This document shows positions 19,895 through 30,758 of a stretch of DNA of 57,953 bases, piece after piece (position 1 is the first letter of the stretch; every line of letters begins with the position of its first letter). Origin of the DNA: Rickettsia typhi (GTDB taxonomy: Bacteria > Pseudomonadota > Alphaproteobacteria > Rickettsiales > UBA1997). Location: positions 1 through 57,953 of the forward strand of contig CAMDJN010000003.1 of NCBI GenBank assembly GCA_945900795.1, read 5' to 3'. The notes beneath the pieces are model-generated. The model did not search any database. It was given only the letters and a program-made list of their open reading frames with translations, and had not been told where the DNA came from. The position numbers were made by a program, and so were the translations under genes.

Positions 19895-20281
19895 ATGTTT
19901 GCGACCACTACCGATATCTCCTTCCGCCATTTTAACAAATATGATTTTGTTAAGGCTTTTTTAGCCGCCTCTTCAGATTCTGATCAAAAGTCTAAAGTAG
20001 AAAAAGAGCGCGAAGCGGTAGTAATTGCCGATGCGATTGAGGAAACGCAGGAGATTGTGGTGCAAAATCTTGCGACTAAGAGCGATCTTCTTATTACCAA
20101 GCAAGAATTAAAACAAGAAATTGTAGAAGTTAAAAAAGAGATTGTAACAGTAAGGGCGGAATTCAAAAAAGACCTTATTCTGCTCGAACATAAGTTGACC
20201 ATCAAGCTTGCAATCATTATGGCTTCCTTACTAACGCTTTTACCCTTAGTTACGGAGTTTTTGAAGAGTTTTTTGATCTAG
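19895..20281 (+). CDS. DUF1640/CCDC90-like coiled-coil protein with C-terminal membrane anchor
   Basis: LATKSDL...ELK.EI...LEHKLTIKL followed by a hydrophobic tail. Confidence 0.7.
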   Translation: MFATTTDISFRHFNKYDFVKAFLAASSDSDQKSKVEKEREAVVIADAIEETQEIVVQNLATKSDLLITKQELKQEIVEVKKEIVTVRAEFKKDLILLEHKLTIKLAIIMASLLTLLPLVTEFLKSFLI

Positions 20282-20339
20282 AAAAAATCGCAGTTAATGA
20301 GGGCGAAGCTACCTGAAGCCGGGTGATTTGTTTTAATAT

Positions 20340-20413
20340 GCGGGTGTAGCTCAACGGTAGAGTTCCAGCCTTCCAAGCTGGCCGTGAGGGTTCGATTCCC
20401 TTCACCCGCTCCA
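20340..20413 (+). tRNA. tRNA-Gly(TCC)
   Basis: GCGGGTG...CCAGCCTTCCAAGCTGG...GTTCGATT...CACCCGCTCCA. Confidence 0.97.
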
Positions 20414-20551
20414 TGTTCCATGTTAAACCGAGATTTGTTTTTTTGAATTTTTTATCTTTAGAACCCGTCCTAAGTCTTTTTTAGTGCCGTGGTATAAAAA
20501 TAAAAAATTCTCATCAAGTTCCCCCAAAATTCTGTAGGAAATTTTTAATTT

Positions 20552-20637
20552 GGAGGAGTGGCCGAGTGGTCAATGGCAACAGACTGTAAATCTGTCCGCG
20601 CAAGCGTTCGCAGGTTCAAATCCTGCCTCCTCCACCA
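20552..20637 (+). tRNA. tRNA-Tyr(GTA)
   Basis: GGAGGAG...ACAGACTGTAAATCTGT, long variable arm, ...CTCCTCCACCA. Confidence 0.97.
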
Positions 20638-20734
20638 CATTTTCTTTTCAAATACACCTATTTTTATAGGACCAGTTCTTAGAAATTTTTGATTTGCGAT
20701 AACGTTCTTATCTGCAAATGTCGCTTCCATTAAA

Positions 20735-22726
20735 ATGTCATTATTCAAACTTCACTCGAAATTCTCTCCTGCCGGTGATCAGCCGCAAGCTATCTCAAAA
20801 CTCATCCAAGGTCTAAGCGACAAGAGGCAAAGCCAAGTATTACTTGGCATCACCGGTTCCGGTAAAACTTTTACGATGGCAAACATCATCGAAAAGACCC
20901 AGCGCCCGGCCTTAATCATGGCTCACAATAAAACTCTCGCAGCGCAGCTTTACGGTGAAATGAAAGAATTTTTTCCAGAAAACGAAGTTGGTTATTTCGT
21001 TTCTTTTTACGATTACTACCAGCCCGAAGCCTACGTCCCTAAGACCGACACCTACATCGAAAAAGACAGTGCTATCAATGAGCAGATTGATCGTCTCCGT
21101 CATGCTGCTACTCGCGCACTTTTTGAGCGTCATGATACAATCGTAATCGCTTCCGTTTCTTGCATTTACGGTATCGGCTCCCCGGAGTTTTATTCAACGA
21201 TGGTATTACGTTTAAAAGTTGGAGATGAAATGAATCGCCAAAAACTTTTATTACGTCTTGTTGATCTGCAGTATGAGCGCAACGATGTTACATTCGAACG
21301 TTGCGGTTTTCGCGTGCAGGGTGATGTCATTGATATTTTTCCATCTCACACTGACGAGATTGCTTGGCGTATTTCAATGTTTGGTGACGAGATCGAAGAG
21401 ATCACAGAATTTGATCCCCTAACTGGTGAAAATTTTACCAAACTCACAGAAATCGCTCTTTATCCATCTTCTCATTACGTTACTCCGGCCAATACTTTAC
21501 GTAACGCAATTTCACAGATTAAGCAAGATTTGGCAATTCGTGTTAAGTGGTTGGAAGAACAGGGGAAGGTTGTTGAAGCGCATCGCCTTAATCAGAAAAC
21601 TACCTACGACATGGAGATGATGGTTTCCGTTGGGTCATGTAAGGGAATTGAAAATTACTCACGTTATCTTACGGGAAGGCCTGCCGGAGCTGCTCCACCA
21701 ACACTTTTTGAATATCTTCCAAAAGATGCACTTCTTTTTGTTGACGAAAGCCATGTTTCCGTTCCACAAATTGATGGTATGTACAAGGGTGATTTTGTAC
21801 GTAAATCAACCCTGTCAGAACACGGATTTAGACTCCCAAGCGCACTCGATAATCGTCCATTAAAATTTGCAGAATGGGAAAGTTTTAAGCCACAAACGAT
21901 TTACGTTTCTGCAACTCCTAGGCAATATGAAATTGAAAAAGCCTTAGGGGAAGATGGCGGAGAGATAGTCGAGCAAGTAATTAGACCAACAGGATTACTC
22001 GATCCAGTTTGCGAAATCAGACCAGCTAAATCGCAAGTCATCGATTTGTTGAAAGAAGTACGAGGCATCACCGCTAGGGGCTTTCGTACTTTAGTTACAA
22101 CCATTACTAAAAAAATGGCGGAGGATTTAGCGGATTATTTCAACGATAATGGAATCAAAGTTGTCTTCATGCATTCTGACGTTGATACGCTTGATCGCAT
22201 CGAGATTATTCAAAATTTACGTTTGGGAAAATATGATTGTCTGATTGGTGTAAATCTACTTCGTGAAGGGCTTGATATTCCGGAATGTGCATTGATGGCA
22301 ATTCTGGACGCAGACAAGGAAGGGTTTCTGCGTAACGAAACTTCTTTGATTCAGACCATTGGTAGAGCAGCTCGTAACTCGGAAAGCAAAGTAATTCTTT
22401 ACGCTGACAAAGAAACGAAATCAATTATTGCGGCTTTGCGCGAGACAAATCGTCGTCGAGAAATTCAAATTTCTTACAACAAAAAACATGGCATCACCCC
22501 TACAACCACCTACAAAAAAATTGGTTCAGCCTTGGCCAATCTTTACAATAAAAAATCGGAAGAAAAATCTGAAGATGATGCTTATTCAAAGAGGATCTTG
22601 AGTGATCGTGAGATTGAGAATTTGAAAAAAGAAATGCTTATGTCTGCTACGGAATTTAACTTTGAGAAGGCCGCCAGAATCAGAGATGAAATAAAGAAAG
22701 CGGAGAGCTTAAGACTGATGTCTTGA
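20735..22726 (+). CDS. uvrB: Excinuclease ABC subunit B
   Basis: [31 protein letters not shown]. Confidence 0.98.
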   Translation: MSLFKLHSKFSPAGDQPQAISKLIQGLSDKRQSQVLLGITGSGKTFTMANIIEKTQRPALIMAHNKTLAAQLYGEMKEFFPENEVGYFVSFYDYYQPEAYVPKTDTYIEKDSAINEQIDRLRHAATRALFERHDTIVIASVSCIYGIGSPEFYSTMVLRLKVGDEMNRQKLLLRLVDLQYERNDVTFERCGFRVQGDVIDIFPSHTDEIAWRISMFGDEIEEITEFDPLTGENFTKLTEIALYPSSHYVTPANTLRNAISQIKQDLAIRVKWLEEQGKVVEAHRLNQKTTYDMEMMVSVGSCKGIENYSRYLTGRPAGAAPPTLFEYLPKDALLFVDESHVSVPQIDGMYKGDFVRKSTLSEHGFRLPSALDNRPLKFAEWESFKPQTIYVSATPRQYEIEKALGEDGGEIVEQVIRPTGLLDPVCEIRPAKSQVIDLLKEVRGITARGFRTLVTTITKKMAEDLADYFNDNGIKVVFMHSDVDTLDRIEIIQNLRLGKYDCLIGVNLLREGLDIPECALMAILDADKEGFLRNETSLIQTIGRAARNSESKVILYADKETKSIIAALRETNRRREIQISYNKKHGITPTTTYKKIGSALANLYNKKSEEKSEDDAYSKRILSDREIENLKKEMLMSATEFNFEKAARIRDEIKKAESLRLMS

Positions 22727-22797
22727 GATGGTGTTGGTAAACTTTTGATTAAAAAAACCAGTGATATCTTTACTACCCCTGTTTTGAATACGGGCTC

Positions 22798-22951
22798 TAT
22801 ACCCAACCAACTTCAAGAAGTTGATCAGGTATATTTTTTATTTTTACGCGACACGAGTCGCGCGCCCCCAAAAATTCTTGGCAAGAATTCTTGTCTTACG
22901 GGGTCCCCATATACCAAACAGAGCTCGGTATCTTCAATCGTGTTTGGTATA
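22798..22951 (+). repeat. Composite hairpin-connector-hairpin repeat, copy 1
   Basis: TATACC...GGTATA (22798-22833), connector with CGCGAC-ACGA-GTCGCG, then TATACC...GGTATA (22910-22951). Confidence 0.9.
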
Positions 22952-23180
22952 AACTCAATTCCTGCAAATTACTCGCCTTTTACCACTGTACAACCTTTCT
23001 GAAAGAATGGTAAACAGACAAAGGATGAATCCCTCATCGCAACGATTCTTAAAACATTCACTAAACAGCCTTACCTTTTTTATCAAGCTCGATGGAATTA
23101 CTAACTGAGCCAGATGAATCACTTCATGACGTAAATAACAGCGCAGAGGAAACGCCACTTCTGGTTTACGCGCAAAAGAC

Positions 23181-24737
23181 CTATTCAGCCACTATATATT
23201 TCGAGCGATATTTTCCACCGCTTCGCTCTTCATAAGCTTCGAAAAAATTTTTATACCTGTCTTCAACTTTGAAAATGATTTTTGGGTTTTTGTTTTTTTT
23301 ATCTATGTAGAGATCCCAGATAATATATCTTTTATGCCCACCAGAGTAAGACATATCCACCCTTATCTCATTGTCTAATATCGTTTCAATCACACTCAAA
23401 TGCCACTCACTTTTACCCTTTGCGCCTCTGATCTTTTGGGCAATGGCGGTTAGCGAAGTTATGTCGCAAAATTCTGGACCTAGTTCGGAATTAATGCTGT
23501 CACGGATTAAATACAGATTGAATGCGAGCGTAAGAGGCTTATTTTTTACAGACCACAATTCAGTGGTTGCAAGACTGTCAATCGTGGCTTGATCAACATT
23601 ATGTCTGGTAAAAAAGCCTTCAATTTTTTTTATCAGATCAGGATATTTTTTAAAATCCTTCTTCCACTGCACATGAAAATTGCGACTATCCGCAGCAATT
23701 AAACGCAATTCTTCCCTAACATCCGCCCCATCATAATTCAAACTACCGCGCCATTTGGTGATATATTGACGACTGACCAATTGGTTTTCCTTGAAAAACT
23801 TTCCTTTGTTTGAAATGACTGGATCGAGGTTTTTATTTTTTGGCGGAGATAGATAATTTGTGCGCAAAAATTTTGTAAGTTTTTCTCGTGAAATTTCGAA
23901 TGGTTCCTTCTTTTCTTTTTTGTCCAGCAATTTCCAAATTGTTGGACTCCTTCTCGCCTCATTCATTGCAAATTCATAGGCAGAAATATCAGAAATCATC
24001 GCTGCCTTTACCGCCATAATACTTGACCTTGCAGCTTCAGGAGCCTCAGCAATAAGCATGCCATTATCGCTAAAAGCGAGTGCGGCAATATCTGGCATTT
24101 CTCGCACTCGGGTTGAAGCGAATAGATAATTTTTTGAATCAAGATCAACCATTCTCTTCATGAACGGTTTGTTGTTGGTCAATCTTGTGGTGGCATATTT
24201 CATGGCATCACGATTTAAATACATTGCTCGCTCCATAAACATCTCATCTGAACGTAATTCGGGATCGATAAATTTTAGAATCAAGGCATCTGCCTTAACC
24301 AAACGATGAATGAAATTTGCATCGCTTTTGAGAGTGTCGGTGGCGTACTCAAACTGATTTGGATCAGTCATCGCGACTCTAAACATCAGTTTACGATTAC
24401 CCCTTAAACACTCCGGAAGTTTTTTAACGATGTCAGGATTGTCCAAAAGAATTTCTGCGATGATTTGATCAGCGTCAGTTGCGGTTATGTCGCAGGTGCC
24501 GTTAAACTGATGCCATGCGATGTCAGGAGTGCTTTGTACTTGTTGAGGATCACTGATTTCTATTTGATCTGGCTGCTGTGTTTGTAATGCATACTGAGGA
24601 TCTCCAACATATTGATCTGCTGATGGCAGCTGTCCCTCGAGATATGAATTTTGATAGAGTTGGTTATCCGTAGAGGCACAGGATGATATAAGAAAACATA
24701 ACAGGAAAAGCTGGATTCTGCTAAAACTTTTTCTCAT
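23181..24737 (-). CDS. Putative lipoprotein with DUF4116-like helical repeats
   Basis: Lipobox LISSC and repeated ~25-aa units (e.g. [17 protein letters not shown]). Confidence 0.75.
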   Translation of the reverse strand: MRKSFSRIQLFLLCFLISSCASTDNQLYQNSYLEGQLPSADQYVGDPQYALQTQQPDQIEISDPQQVQSTPDIAWHQFNGTCDITATDADQIIAEILLDNPDIVKKLPECLRGNRKLMFRVAMTDPNQFEYATDTLKSDANFIHRLVKADALILKFIDPELRSDEMFMERAMYLNRDAMKYATTRLTNNKPFMKRMVDLDSKNYLFASTRVREMPDIAALAFSDNGMLIAEAPEAARSSIMAVKAAMISDISAYEFAMNEARRSPTIWKLLDKKEKKEPFEISREKLTKFLRTNYLSPPKNKNLDPVISNKGKFFKENQLVSRQYITKWRGSLNYDGADVREELRLIAADSRNFHVQWKKDFKKYPDLIKKIEGFFTRHNVDQATIDSLATTELWSVKNKPLTLAFNLYLIRDSINSELGPEFCDITSLTAIAQKIRGAKGKSEWHLSVIETILDNEIRVDMSYSGGHKRYIIWDLYIDKKNKNPKIIFKVEDRYKNFFEAYEERSGGKYRSKYIVAE

Positions 24738-25045
24738 CCCTTCATAGATGAGATATTCTCGATTGAGATATTTCTACGATTGGAAAAATAAACTACGACT
24801 ATGGCCAGTCCGATTGCAGCTTCAGCACCAGCAACGGTTAAAACAAAAATTGCAAAAACCTGTCCGGCTAAATCATGCAAAAAAGAGGAGAAGGCTACGA
24901 AATTTATGTTGATCGCAAGCAGCATTAGCTCAATTGACATCAGCAATGAAATGGCATTTCGACGATTGATGAAGATTCCACTTACTCCAATACAAAAGAG
25001 GATTGAGGACAGAATTATGAAGTGATGATTTTCGATAGTATCCAT
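24734..25045 (-). CDS. nuoK: NADH-quinone oxidoreductase subunit K
   Basis: [22 protein letters not shown]. Confidence 0.97.
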   Translation of the reverse strand: MDTIENHHFIILSSILFCIGVSGIFINRRNAISLLMSIELMLLAININFVAFSSFLHDLAGQVFAIFVLTVAGAEAAIGLAIVVVYFSNRRNISIENISSMKG

Positions 25046-25047
25046 GG

Positions 25048-25668
25048 TTAAATATTTTTAATTCCTTTGCCTGTTGCAACCTTCACAATACTAAGTGAAT
25101 TGGCCCTGTTTCGCGCATTTTGATCTGAAATATTTTGCTTGCGAGTTGTATAATTTTCGTTTCGCAGAGTTAAAATAATTGCTCCAATCATTGCTACCAA
25201 AAGTATCATGGCAGAGATTTGGAAGGGTAGTATGAAATCAGTATAGAGGATGTTTCCGAGCGCTTCTGTGTTTGTAATATTGAGCGGCGTTGGGATGACG
25301 GGCTCTATAGATTGATAGTATCTGGTGAGAGAAAATTTTATAATTGCCAGAATTTCAAAAAATAATAATGCTCCGACTAGTATTAGGATTGGTATGTGTC
25401 GGTTGATACTTTTCTCGATCTCTTTGAGATCAACATCAAGCATCATCACGACAAACAAAAATAACACCGCGATTGCACCTACATAGACAACGATCAAGAG
25501 CATTGCCAGGAATTCTGCTCCAAGTAAAATAAAAAGTGCCGCTGCATTTAAAAATGCCAAAACCAAAAACATCACCGAATGTACCATGTTTCTTGCACTT
25601 ACAACTACAAGAGCTGACGAGATAAGTACGAAAGAGAAAAAATAAAAAAGAAAAAGGCTTAATGTCAT
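25048..25668 (-). CDS. nuoJ: NADH-quinone oxidoreductase subunit J
   Basis: [22 protein letters not shown]. Confidence 0.97.
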   Translation of the reverse strand: MTLSLFLFYFFSFVLISSALVVVSARNMVHSVMFLVLAFLNAAALFILLGAEFLAMLLIVVYVGAIAVLFLFVVMMLDVDLKEIEKSINRHIPILILVGALLFFEILAIIKFSLTRYYQSIEPVIPTPLNITNTEALGNILYTDFILPFQISAMILLVAMIGAIILTLRNENYTTRKQNISDQNARNRANSLSIVKVATGKGIKNI

Positions 25669-26537
25669 GTTGTTGTTAAGTAATTTATCATTTCTCCAGC
25701 GATGTCGATGCCAGTAACATTTTCAATTCCTTCAAGACCTGGCGAGGAATTTACTTCAAGAATTTTGGTACCGGAATTTGAACGTACCATGTCAACTCCA
25801 GCAACTTCTAATCCAACAATTTTTGTAACCATGATGGCCAATTTTCTTTCTTCTTCAGTAATGTCAATTGCATGAGCTGTAGCACCGAGATGAATATTGG
25901 CGCGGAATTCTCCCTCCTGCGCTATTCTTTCCATTGAGGCTACTACGCGGTTTCCGATTACGAAACATCTGATGTCTTGTCCACGGGATTCTTTGATATA
26001 TTGCTGCGCCAGAATGTTGGCTTTCAGGCTGTGAAAGGCGTTAATTACGCTTTCTGCAGCCTTATTAGTTTCAGCCAAAACTACTCCAACCCCTTTTGTT
26101 CCTTCAAGTAATTTTACCACTAAAGGAATTCCTCCAACAAGTCTGATTAGGTCTTTAGTTTTATAGGAAGAATTCGCAAATCCGGTGGTAGGAATGTTAA
26201 TTTTATGCTGTGCAAGAATTTGTAAAGTATGAAGTTTGTCACGTGAGGTAACGATTGCTTCTGCGCTGTTTAGGCATTGGATGCCAGCTATTTCAAACTG
26301 CCGGATAATTGTTGAGGCATAAAATGTCATTGCGGGCTTTATGCGAGGAATGATGTAATCAACTTTTTCGATTTTCTTTCCTTCATCGTAAAAAATTTCA
26401 CACAAATCTGTATCTACTTTGATGTAGCAATTGCCAACATTGACAAACTCAATTTGATGGTCACGGCTTTCTGCCGCTTCAATCAGCCTCTTGTTAGAAT
26501 AAAGATTTGGGTTTGAAGCGAGTAGGATGATTTTCAT
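25665..26537 (-). CDS. rimK: RimK family ATP-grasp glutamate ligase
   Basis: SRDKL, KLLEGTKG, FRANIHLG, EVNSSPGLEGIE. Confidence 0.93.
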   Translation of the reverse strand: MKIILLASNPNLYSNKRLIEAAESRDHQIEFVNVGNCYIKVDTDLCEIFYDEGKKIEKVDYIIPRIKPAMTFYASTIIRQFEIAGIQCLNSAEAIVTSRDKLHTLQILAQHKINIPTTGFANSSYKTKDLIRLVGGIPLVVKLLEGTKGVGVVLAETNKAAESVINAFHSLKANILAQQYIKESRGQDIRCFVIGNRVVASMERIAQEGEFRANIHLGATAHAIDITEEERKLAIMVTKIVGLEVAGVDMVRSNSGTKILEVNSSPGLEGIENVTGIDIAGEMINYLTTT

Positions 26538-27091
26538 AAAACTTTTGGGTTTAAGTTTTGGTGTATTTTTTGGTAAAGCTCGTTTACTACACTGTTTTCA
26601 AGGTCACCCTGAAGAAAGGCTTTTGAAGGATCAACCAGCATTTTTACCTGCTTAATTGCTTTTCTTCCGAGTAGCATTCGGAATGTCATAGAATCACGAT
26701 TGGCAAGGGTTAGTTCGGTTATGATTTTTTTATTTCCGATACATAGCATCGATTTGATGACGAATCTTTTCTCTCTTTTTCCTCCAGAATCACAAACCAT
26801 GCGATGGTCAACAACGCTTGCTACACAAGAGCGGATAAGCTTTTTATTTTTTTGTAACGGATGGATGTCAAATTTTACATATTCAACATTTTCAACATAA
26901 AAACTCTTAATATTAAAAGCGTGTAAAGATGAGGTTTTGGCACCCGTGTCTATCTTGCCTCTGATTGCCGGGATACCAAGAGAATCAAGACTAAACCATT
27001 CTTTCCACCCAATTATTTGCTTAGGCAACCCCTGAAAAACCATCTTTTTCGGTAGAAGTTCCTTAGATTTTTTCGTAGAATTATCGTTCAT
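26534..27091 (-). CDS. RimK-associated retropepsin-like protease
   Basis: IGWKEW, KIDTGAKTSSLHA, MLLGR. Confidence 0.9.
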   Translation of the reverse strand: MNDNSTKKSKELLPKKMVFQGLPKQIIGWKEWFSLDSLGIPAIRGKIDTGAKTSSLHAFNIKSFYVENVEYVKFDIHPLQKNKKLIRSCVASVVDHRMVCDSGGKREKRFVIKSMLCIGNKKIITELTLANRDSMTFRMLLGRKAIKQVKMLVDPSKAFLQGDLENSVVNELYQKIHQNLNPKVL

Positions 27092-27857
27092 TTTTTTTAG
27101 AAATCATTCTCGTAACTATTTCCAAATCTTCTTTCGTATCAACGGAAAGAGGATGGGTTTCGACAATCTTTACAAAAATTTTCATATCATTTTCTAGAGC
27201 GCGAAGTTGTTCCAGACTCTCTCTCTTCTCAAGTTGCGACGGAGGAATTTTTACAAATTTTTCCAGAGCATATTTTTTGTAGGCGTAAATTCCAATATGG
27301 TGGAAATAATCAGGCGAGTTTTCTTTTGACGGATCCGGGTTGGCATGGGGAATGGGACAGCGTGAGAAATAGAGGGCTTTTCCCAGATTCTTTTCTTTGA
27401 AAGCGATGGCAATTTTTACCACATTCGGGTTGGTAATTTCTGAGATATTGGTAATTCTTGATGCGACCGTTGCGATGTCGCAATCATTTTGTAGCGCCGC
27501 TTCTGAGGCTGCCTCGATTACATTCGGATCGATATTTGGCAAGTCTCCCTGAAGATTAATAATTATTTCAGGATCAATTCTGGAGTTTTTTTGGATATGC
27601 TGTAAAGCAGCGTAAATCCTGTCGGTCCCAGAAGGAAGGTTTGGATCAGTAATCACAAATTCCCCACCAAATTTTTTTACTTCATCTGCAATTTCTTCTC
27701 CATCACAAGCAATAAAAACCCTTCCTAAATCTGTCTTTATAGCTTGTTCATACACACGTTGAATCATGCTTTTTCCCAGAATATCAGCAAGCGGTTTTCG
27801 CGGTAATCTAGTTGAGGCTAGTCGGGCTGGGATTATCGTAAGGATTGTGGAAGTCAT
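27081..27857 (-). CDS. kdsB: CMP-KDO synthetase
   Basis: IPARLASTRLPRKPL, SGTDR, QGDLP, ESLEQLRAL. Confidence 0.96.
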   Translation of the reverse strand: MTSTILTIIPARLASTRLPRKPLADILGKSMIQRVYEQAIKTDLGRVFIACDGEEIADEVKKFGGEFVITDPNLPSGTDRIYAALQHIQKNSRIDPEIIINLQGDLPNIDPNVIEAASEAALQNDCDIATVASRITNISEITNPNVVKIAIAFKEKNLGKALYFSRCPIPHANPDPSKENSPDYFHHIGIYAYKKYALEKFVKIPPSQLEKRESLEQLRALENDMKIFVKIVETHPLSVDTKEDLEIVTRMISKKNER

Positions 27858-27883
27858 ATAAATCTGATAATTGGGACTAGTTC

Positions 27884-29467
27884 CTACCTAAGCGCTTCAT
27901 CAATCGCGCTTTCAACAAGCGGATTTGGCAATATTACCGCACACCGATCAATAACCACATAGTCACTACAATTCTCATATTTTTGGCACCATTTTTCCAA
28001 GTCGTAATCATAATTATCATTGGTTTGTTCAATAGGCATATTGTCTAGCGGGAAGGCTGAGTCTTGTGGATTAGGAATAGGATTATTTGGTGAAGAAGCG
28101 TTTGTTGTTATGCTAGTTTGCTTAGCAAGGCATCTGTCATATGTAATCGGTTTTACGATGTAAGAATTATCGCCTGGAATGTTGCACAATTTGATGCGCT
28201 TGAGAGATCTTATTCTTTCGTTTTCTTTTTTCATGATGGCGTGAATTGAGGTCTGATCGGCCTTTTCAACGAATAGCGAAAATTCTGTTAATCCGTTAAA
28301 ATTTTCTAAATCTTTGAACGTGCTGGCTATTTCAACGATTCCATCCTTGTCATAAAGCTGATAGAATTTATAAATTGCTTCAGATAGATCGCAGCCAGAG
28401 GCTTGCACAACCATCTCCACTATACTTCCAGACATTTTTAAATTACTGACAATCCCATTTTTAGCGGTGAATGAAATCGAAGAACCATTGTGATATTTGG
28501 TTAGAACATGATTTCCGTCTTTGATTGGAAGTAAGAGAACATCGACATTTCCACGTACATGTTTAGAAAATTGTTCAGCAATTATTTTTTGACGAAAAAT
28601 TGTGATGATCGTTTTGTGGTAATATGGATTTTGATGGATTGAATCATAGCGGAAAGACTCTCCTCCCGTAAGTTTCTCACAATCTGACTGCGTTAATTCA
28701 ATTTGTAGAAAGCGATTATCACCATTTTTTTTCGCTGCCAAACCATCTTCGTCATCATGTTTTGATCGAACGAAATCTAGTGGAAAATCCGTTTGTTTTA
28801 CCTCCGTTGTTGTAACCTCTATTGCAGGGGACGGTTGTTTTATTTTTGATTCTTGAGCCGTTGAAAATCCTTCTAACACAGAATTTTCTAGGTTCCCACC
28901 ATCTTCAATGGTCGTCCATTTCTTATTTTGATCTTCTGGTTTTACATTATCCGCAAATTGAATTTCTGTAAATTCATCATCTCTTGATTTCGTGATTGGT
29001 GAGTTTGATGCATCTGGCATTGCAACAAATTTGTAATTCTTTTTTTGTAATGCGGCACCGATTTGGAATCTGAGATTTTGTTTTTTCTTGGGATTGGAAG
29101 GTCCGGTGTTAGCATTTTTCGCCACGGCATTTCTTGTCCAGATGTTTTTTGCCACGGCGTTTTTTGCCAAGGCGTTTTTTGCCAAGGCGTTTTTTGTTTT
29201 TGATTTAGGCAAATGCTTGGTTTTGTTGGCTGATATTTTATAGGTTTTTTTTCGTATGTCTTGGTTTCTAGGATTACCATTGCCGCGATAAGTTACGGTT
29301 TCTGATGTGCTTTTTACTGTTTGCTTGGAATTGGACTCTGTTACAACCTCACTATTTGCGCTTACAATTTCTCTGAAGTCGTTAGAATTGTTGGCCGCAT
29401 GCACATTTTGTGAAATCAGAATTAAGCTGATTAATGTGATGAATTTACGAGATTTAATCACGATCAT
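27884..29467 (-). CDS. Hypothetical exported protein with AKNA(L/V) repeats
   Basis: Signal-peptide-like start at 29467 (ATGA overlap with the pgk stop), long open frame, Cys-rich C-terminus. Confidence 0.7.
   Translation of the reverse strand: MIVIKSRKFITLISLILISQNVHAANNSNDFREIVSANSEVVTESNSKQTVKSTSETVTYRGNGNPRNQDIRKKTYKISANKTKHLPKSKTKNALAKNALAKNAVAKNIWTRNAVAKNANTGPSNPKKKQNLRFQIGAALQKKNYKFVAMPDASNSPITKSRDDEFTEIQFADNVKPEDQNKKWTTIEDGGNLENSVLEGFSTAQESKIKQPSPAIEVTTTEVKQTDFPLDFVRSKHDDEDGLAAKKNGDNRFLQIELTQSDCEKLTGGESFRYDSIHQNPYYHKTIITIFRQKIIAEQFSKHVRGNVDVLLLPIKDGNHVLTKYHNGSSISFTAKNGIVSNLKMSGSIVEMVVQASGCDLSEAIYKFYQLYDKDGIVEIASTFKDLENFNGLTEFSLFVEKADQTSIHAIMKKENERIRSLKRIKLCNIPGDNSYIVKPITYDRCLAKQTSITTNASSPNNPIPNPQDSAFPLDNMPIEQTNDNYDYDLEKWCQKYENCSDYVVIDRCAVILPNPLVESAIDEALR
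29111..29196. repeat. 15-bp coding tandem repeat (about 6 units)
   Basis: (GGCGTTTTTTGCCAA/C)n encoding KNALA/KNAVA. Confidence 0.9.
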
Positions 29468-30666
29468 TTTGCAATTGATAAAGCGGTGATGCCAGGTAAC
29501 TCCTTTCCTTCGAGCCACTCCAAGAAGGCACCACCAGCGGTTGAAATGTAAGTAAATTCATCAATTAATCCTGACGAATTGAGTGCAGAAATAACATCTC
29601 CACCACCAGCAATTGATAAAAGCTTTTTCTCGTGACTGAGGGATGCAACCGCTCTGGCAAGGCTTTCAGTGCCGATATTAAATGGCTTGAATTCGAAAGC
29701 TCCAAGTGGTCCGTTCCAAACTAGAGTTTTGTAATTTTGTAATTCCAGAGTAAGGTTGGCAATAGTTGTTGGACCTAAATCAACAATGATGTCATCGCTT
29801 TCAACCGAATCTGTTGAAATGATTTTACAGGAAGAATTATGTTCGAGTTTTTTAGTCACCACAACATCGGAAGGTAGCATTATCCGGCATCCATGATTTT
29901 TAGCAGTTTCGATAATTTGCAGCGCTAAATCTTTTAGATCGTGTTCACACAATGATTTTCCGACATTTTTACCTAAAGCGAAAAGGAAGGTATTGGCCAT
30001 CCCACCACCAACCACAATTGTCTGCGCTTTAGTTGTAAGAGAGTTTAAAAGGTCAATTTTTGTAGAAACTTTAGCGCCACCAACTACTGCAATCATCGGC
30101 TTTTTGGCATTTTCAAGCAAGCTTGTTAGGTTATCTAATTCCGCTTCCATTAAGAATCCTGCACAAGATTTTAAGATTGATGGAATGCCAGTAATTGAGG
30201 CGTGGGAGCGGTGCGAACAAGAGAAGGCGTCATTGACGTAAAGATTCGCAAGGCTTGCCAATTCACGCGAAAATTCATGATCATTTTCTGTTTCTTGTTT
30301 GTAAAAGCGGAGATTTTCTAAGATGATTACCTCTCCATAATTTGTTGCTTCGACCGCCTTTTTGACTGCGTCTCCGATGGAATCGTTAATGAAAGAAACT
30401 TTGATAGGTCCAAGTAATTCTTGAATTCGTGGTAATAATTGTTTCAAAGACATCGCTGGATTCGTCTTACCTTCCGGTCTTCCAAAATGCGAAATTACGA
30501 TCACTTTTGCTTGCTGTTGCACGAGATATTCTATGGTTGGAATGACCGCTCTAAGCCTGGTATCATCAGCAATTTTTCCATCAACGATTGGTACATTTAT
30601 GTCAACTCGCAAGATGACATTTTTATTTGTGACAACACAATCCTTTAGTCTATTAAATTTCGACAT
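29464..30666 (-). CDS. pgk: Phosphoglycerate kinase
   Basis: RVDINVP, NDAFSCSHR, GGAKVSTK, ISTAGGA. Confidence 0.98.
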   Translation of the reverse strand: MSKFNRLKDCVVTNKNVILRVDINVPIVDGKIADDTRLRAVIPTIEYLVQQQAKVIVISHFGRPEGKTNPAMSLKQLLPRIQELLGPIKVSFINDSIGDAVKKAVEATNYGEVIILENLRFYKQETENDHEFSRELASLANLYVNDAFSCSHRSHASITGIPSILKSCAGFLMEAELDNLTSLLENAKKPMIAVVGGAKVSTKIDLLNSLTTKAQTIVVGGGMANTFLFALGKNVGKSLCEHDLKDLALQIIETAKNHGCRIMLPSDVVVTKKLEHNSSCKIISTDSVESDDIIVDLGPTTIANLTLELQNYKTLVWNGPLGAFEFKPFNIGTESLARAVASLSHEKKLLSIAGGGDVISALNSSGLIDEFTYISTAGGAFLEWLEGKELPGITALSIAK

Positions 30667-30758
30667 TTTGATTTTTTTAAAATTATTTTTTACGTCGTAT
30701 TAACGACTTAGCGACGCTATACTCATTCCAACTCCTTAATTCCAACAACAAGATCTAA

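Noticed and set aside
20545-20748. 67-aa minus-strand ORF (also 45743-45970 on plus)
   Set aside because: Shadow ORFs overlapping tRNA-Tyr and tRNA-Glu.
28942-29280. 112-aa ORF with QKTPW repeats
   Set aside because: Alternative frame of the 15-bp tandem repeat inside the larger gene.
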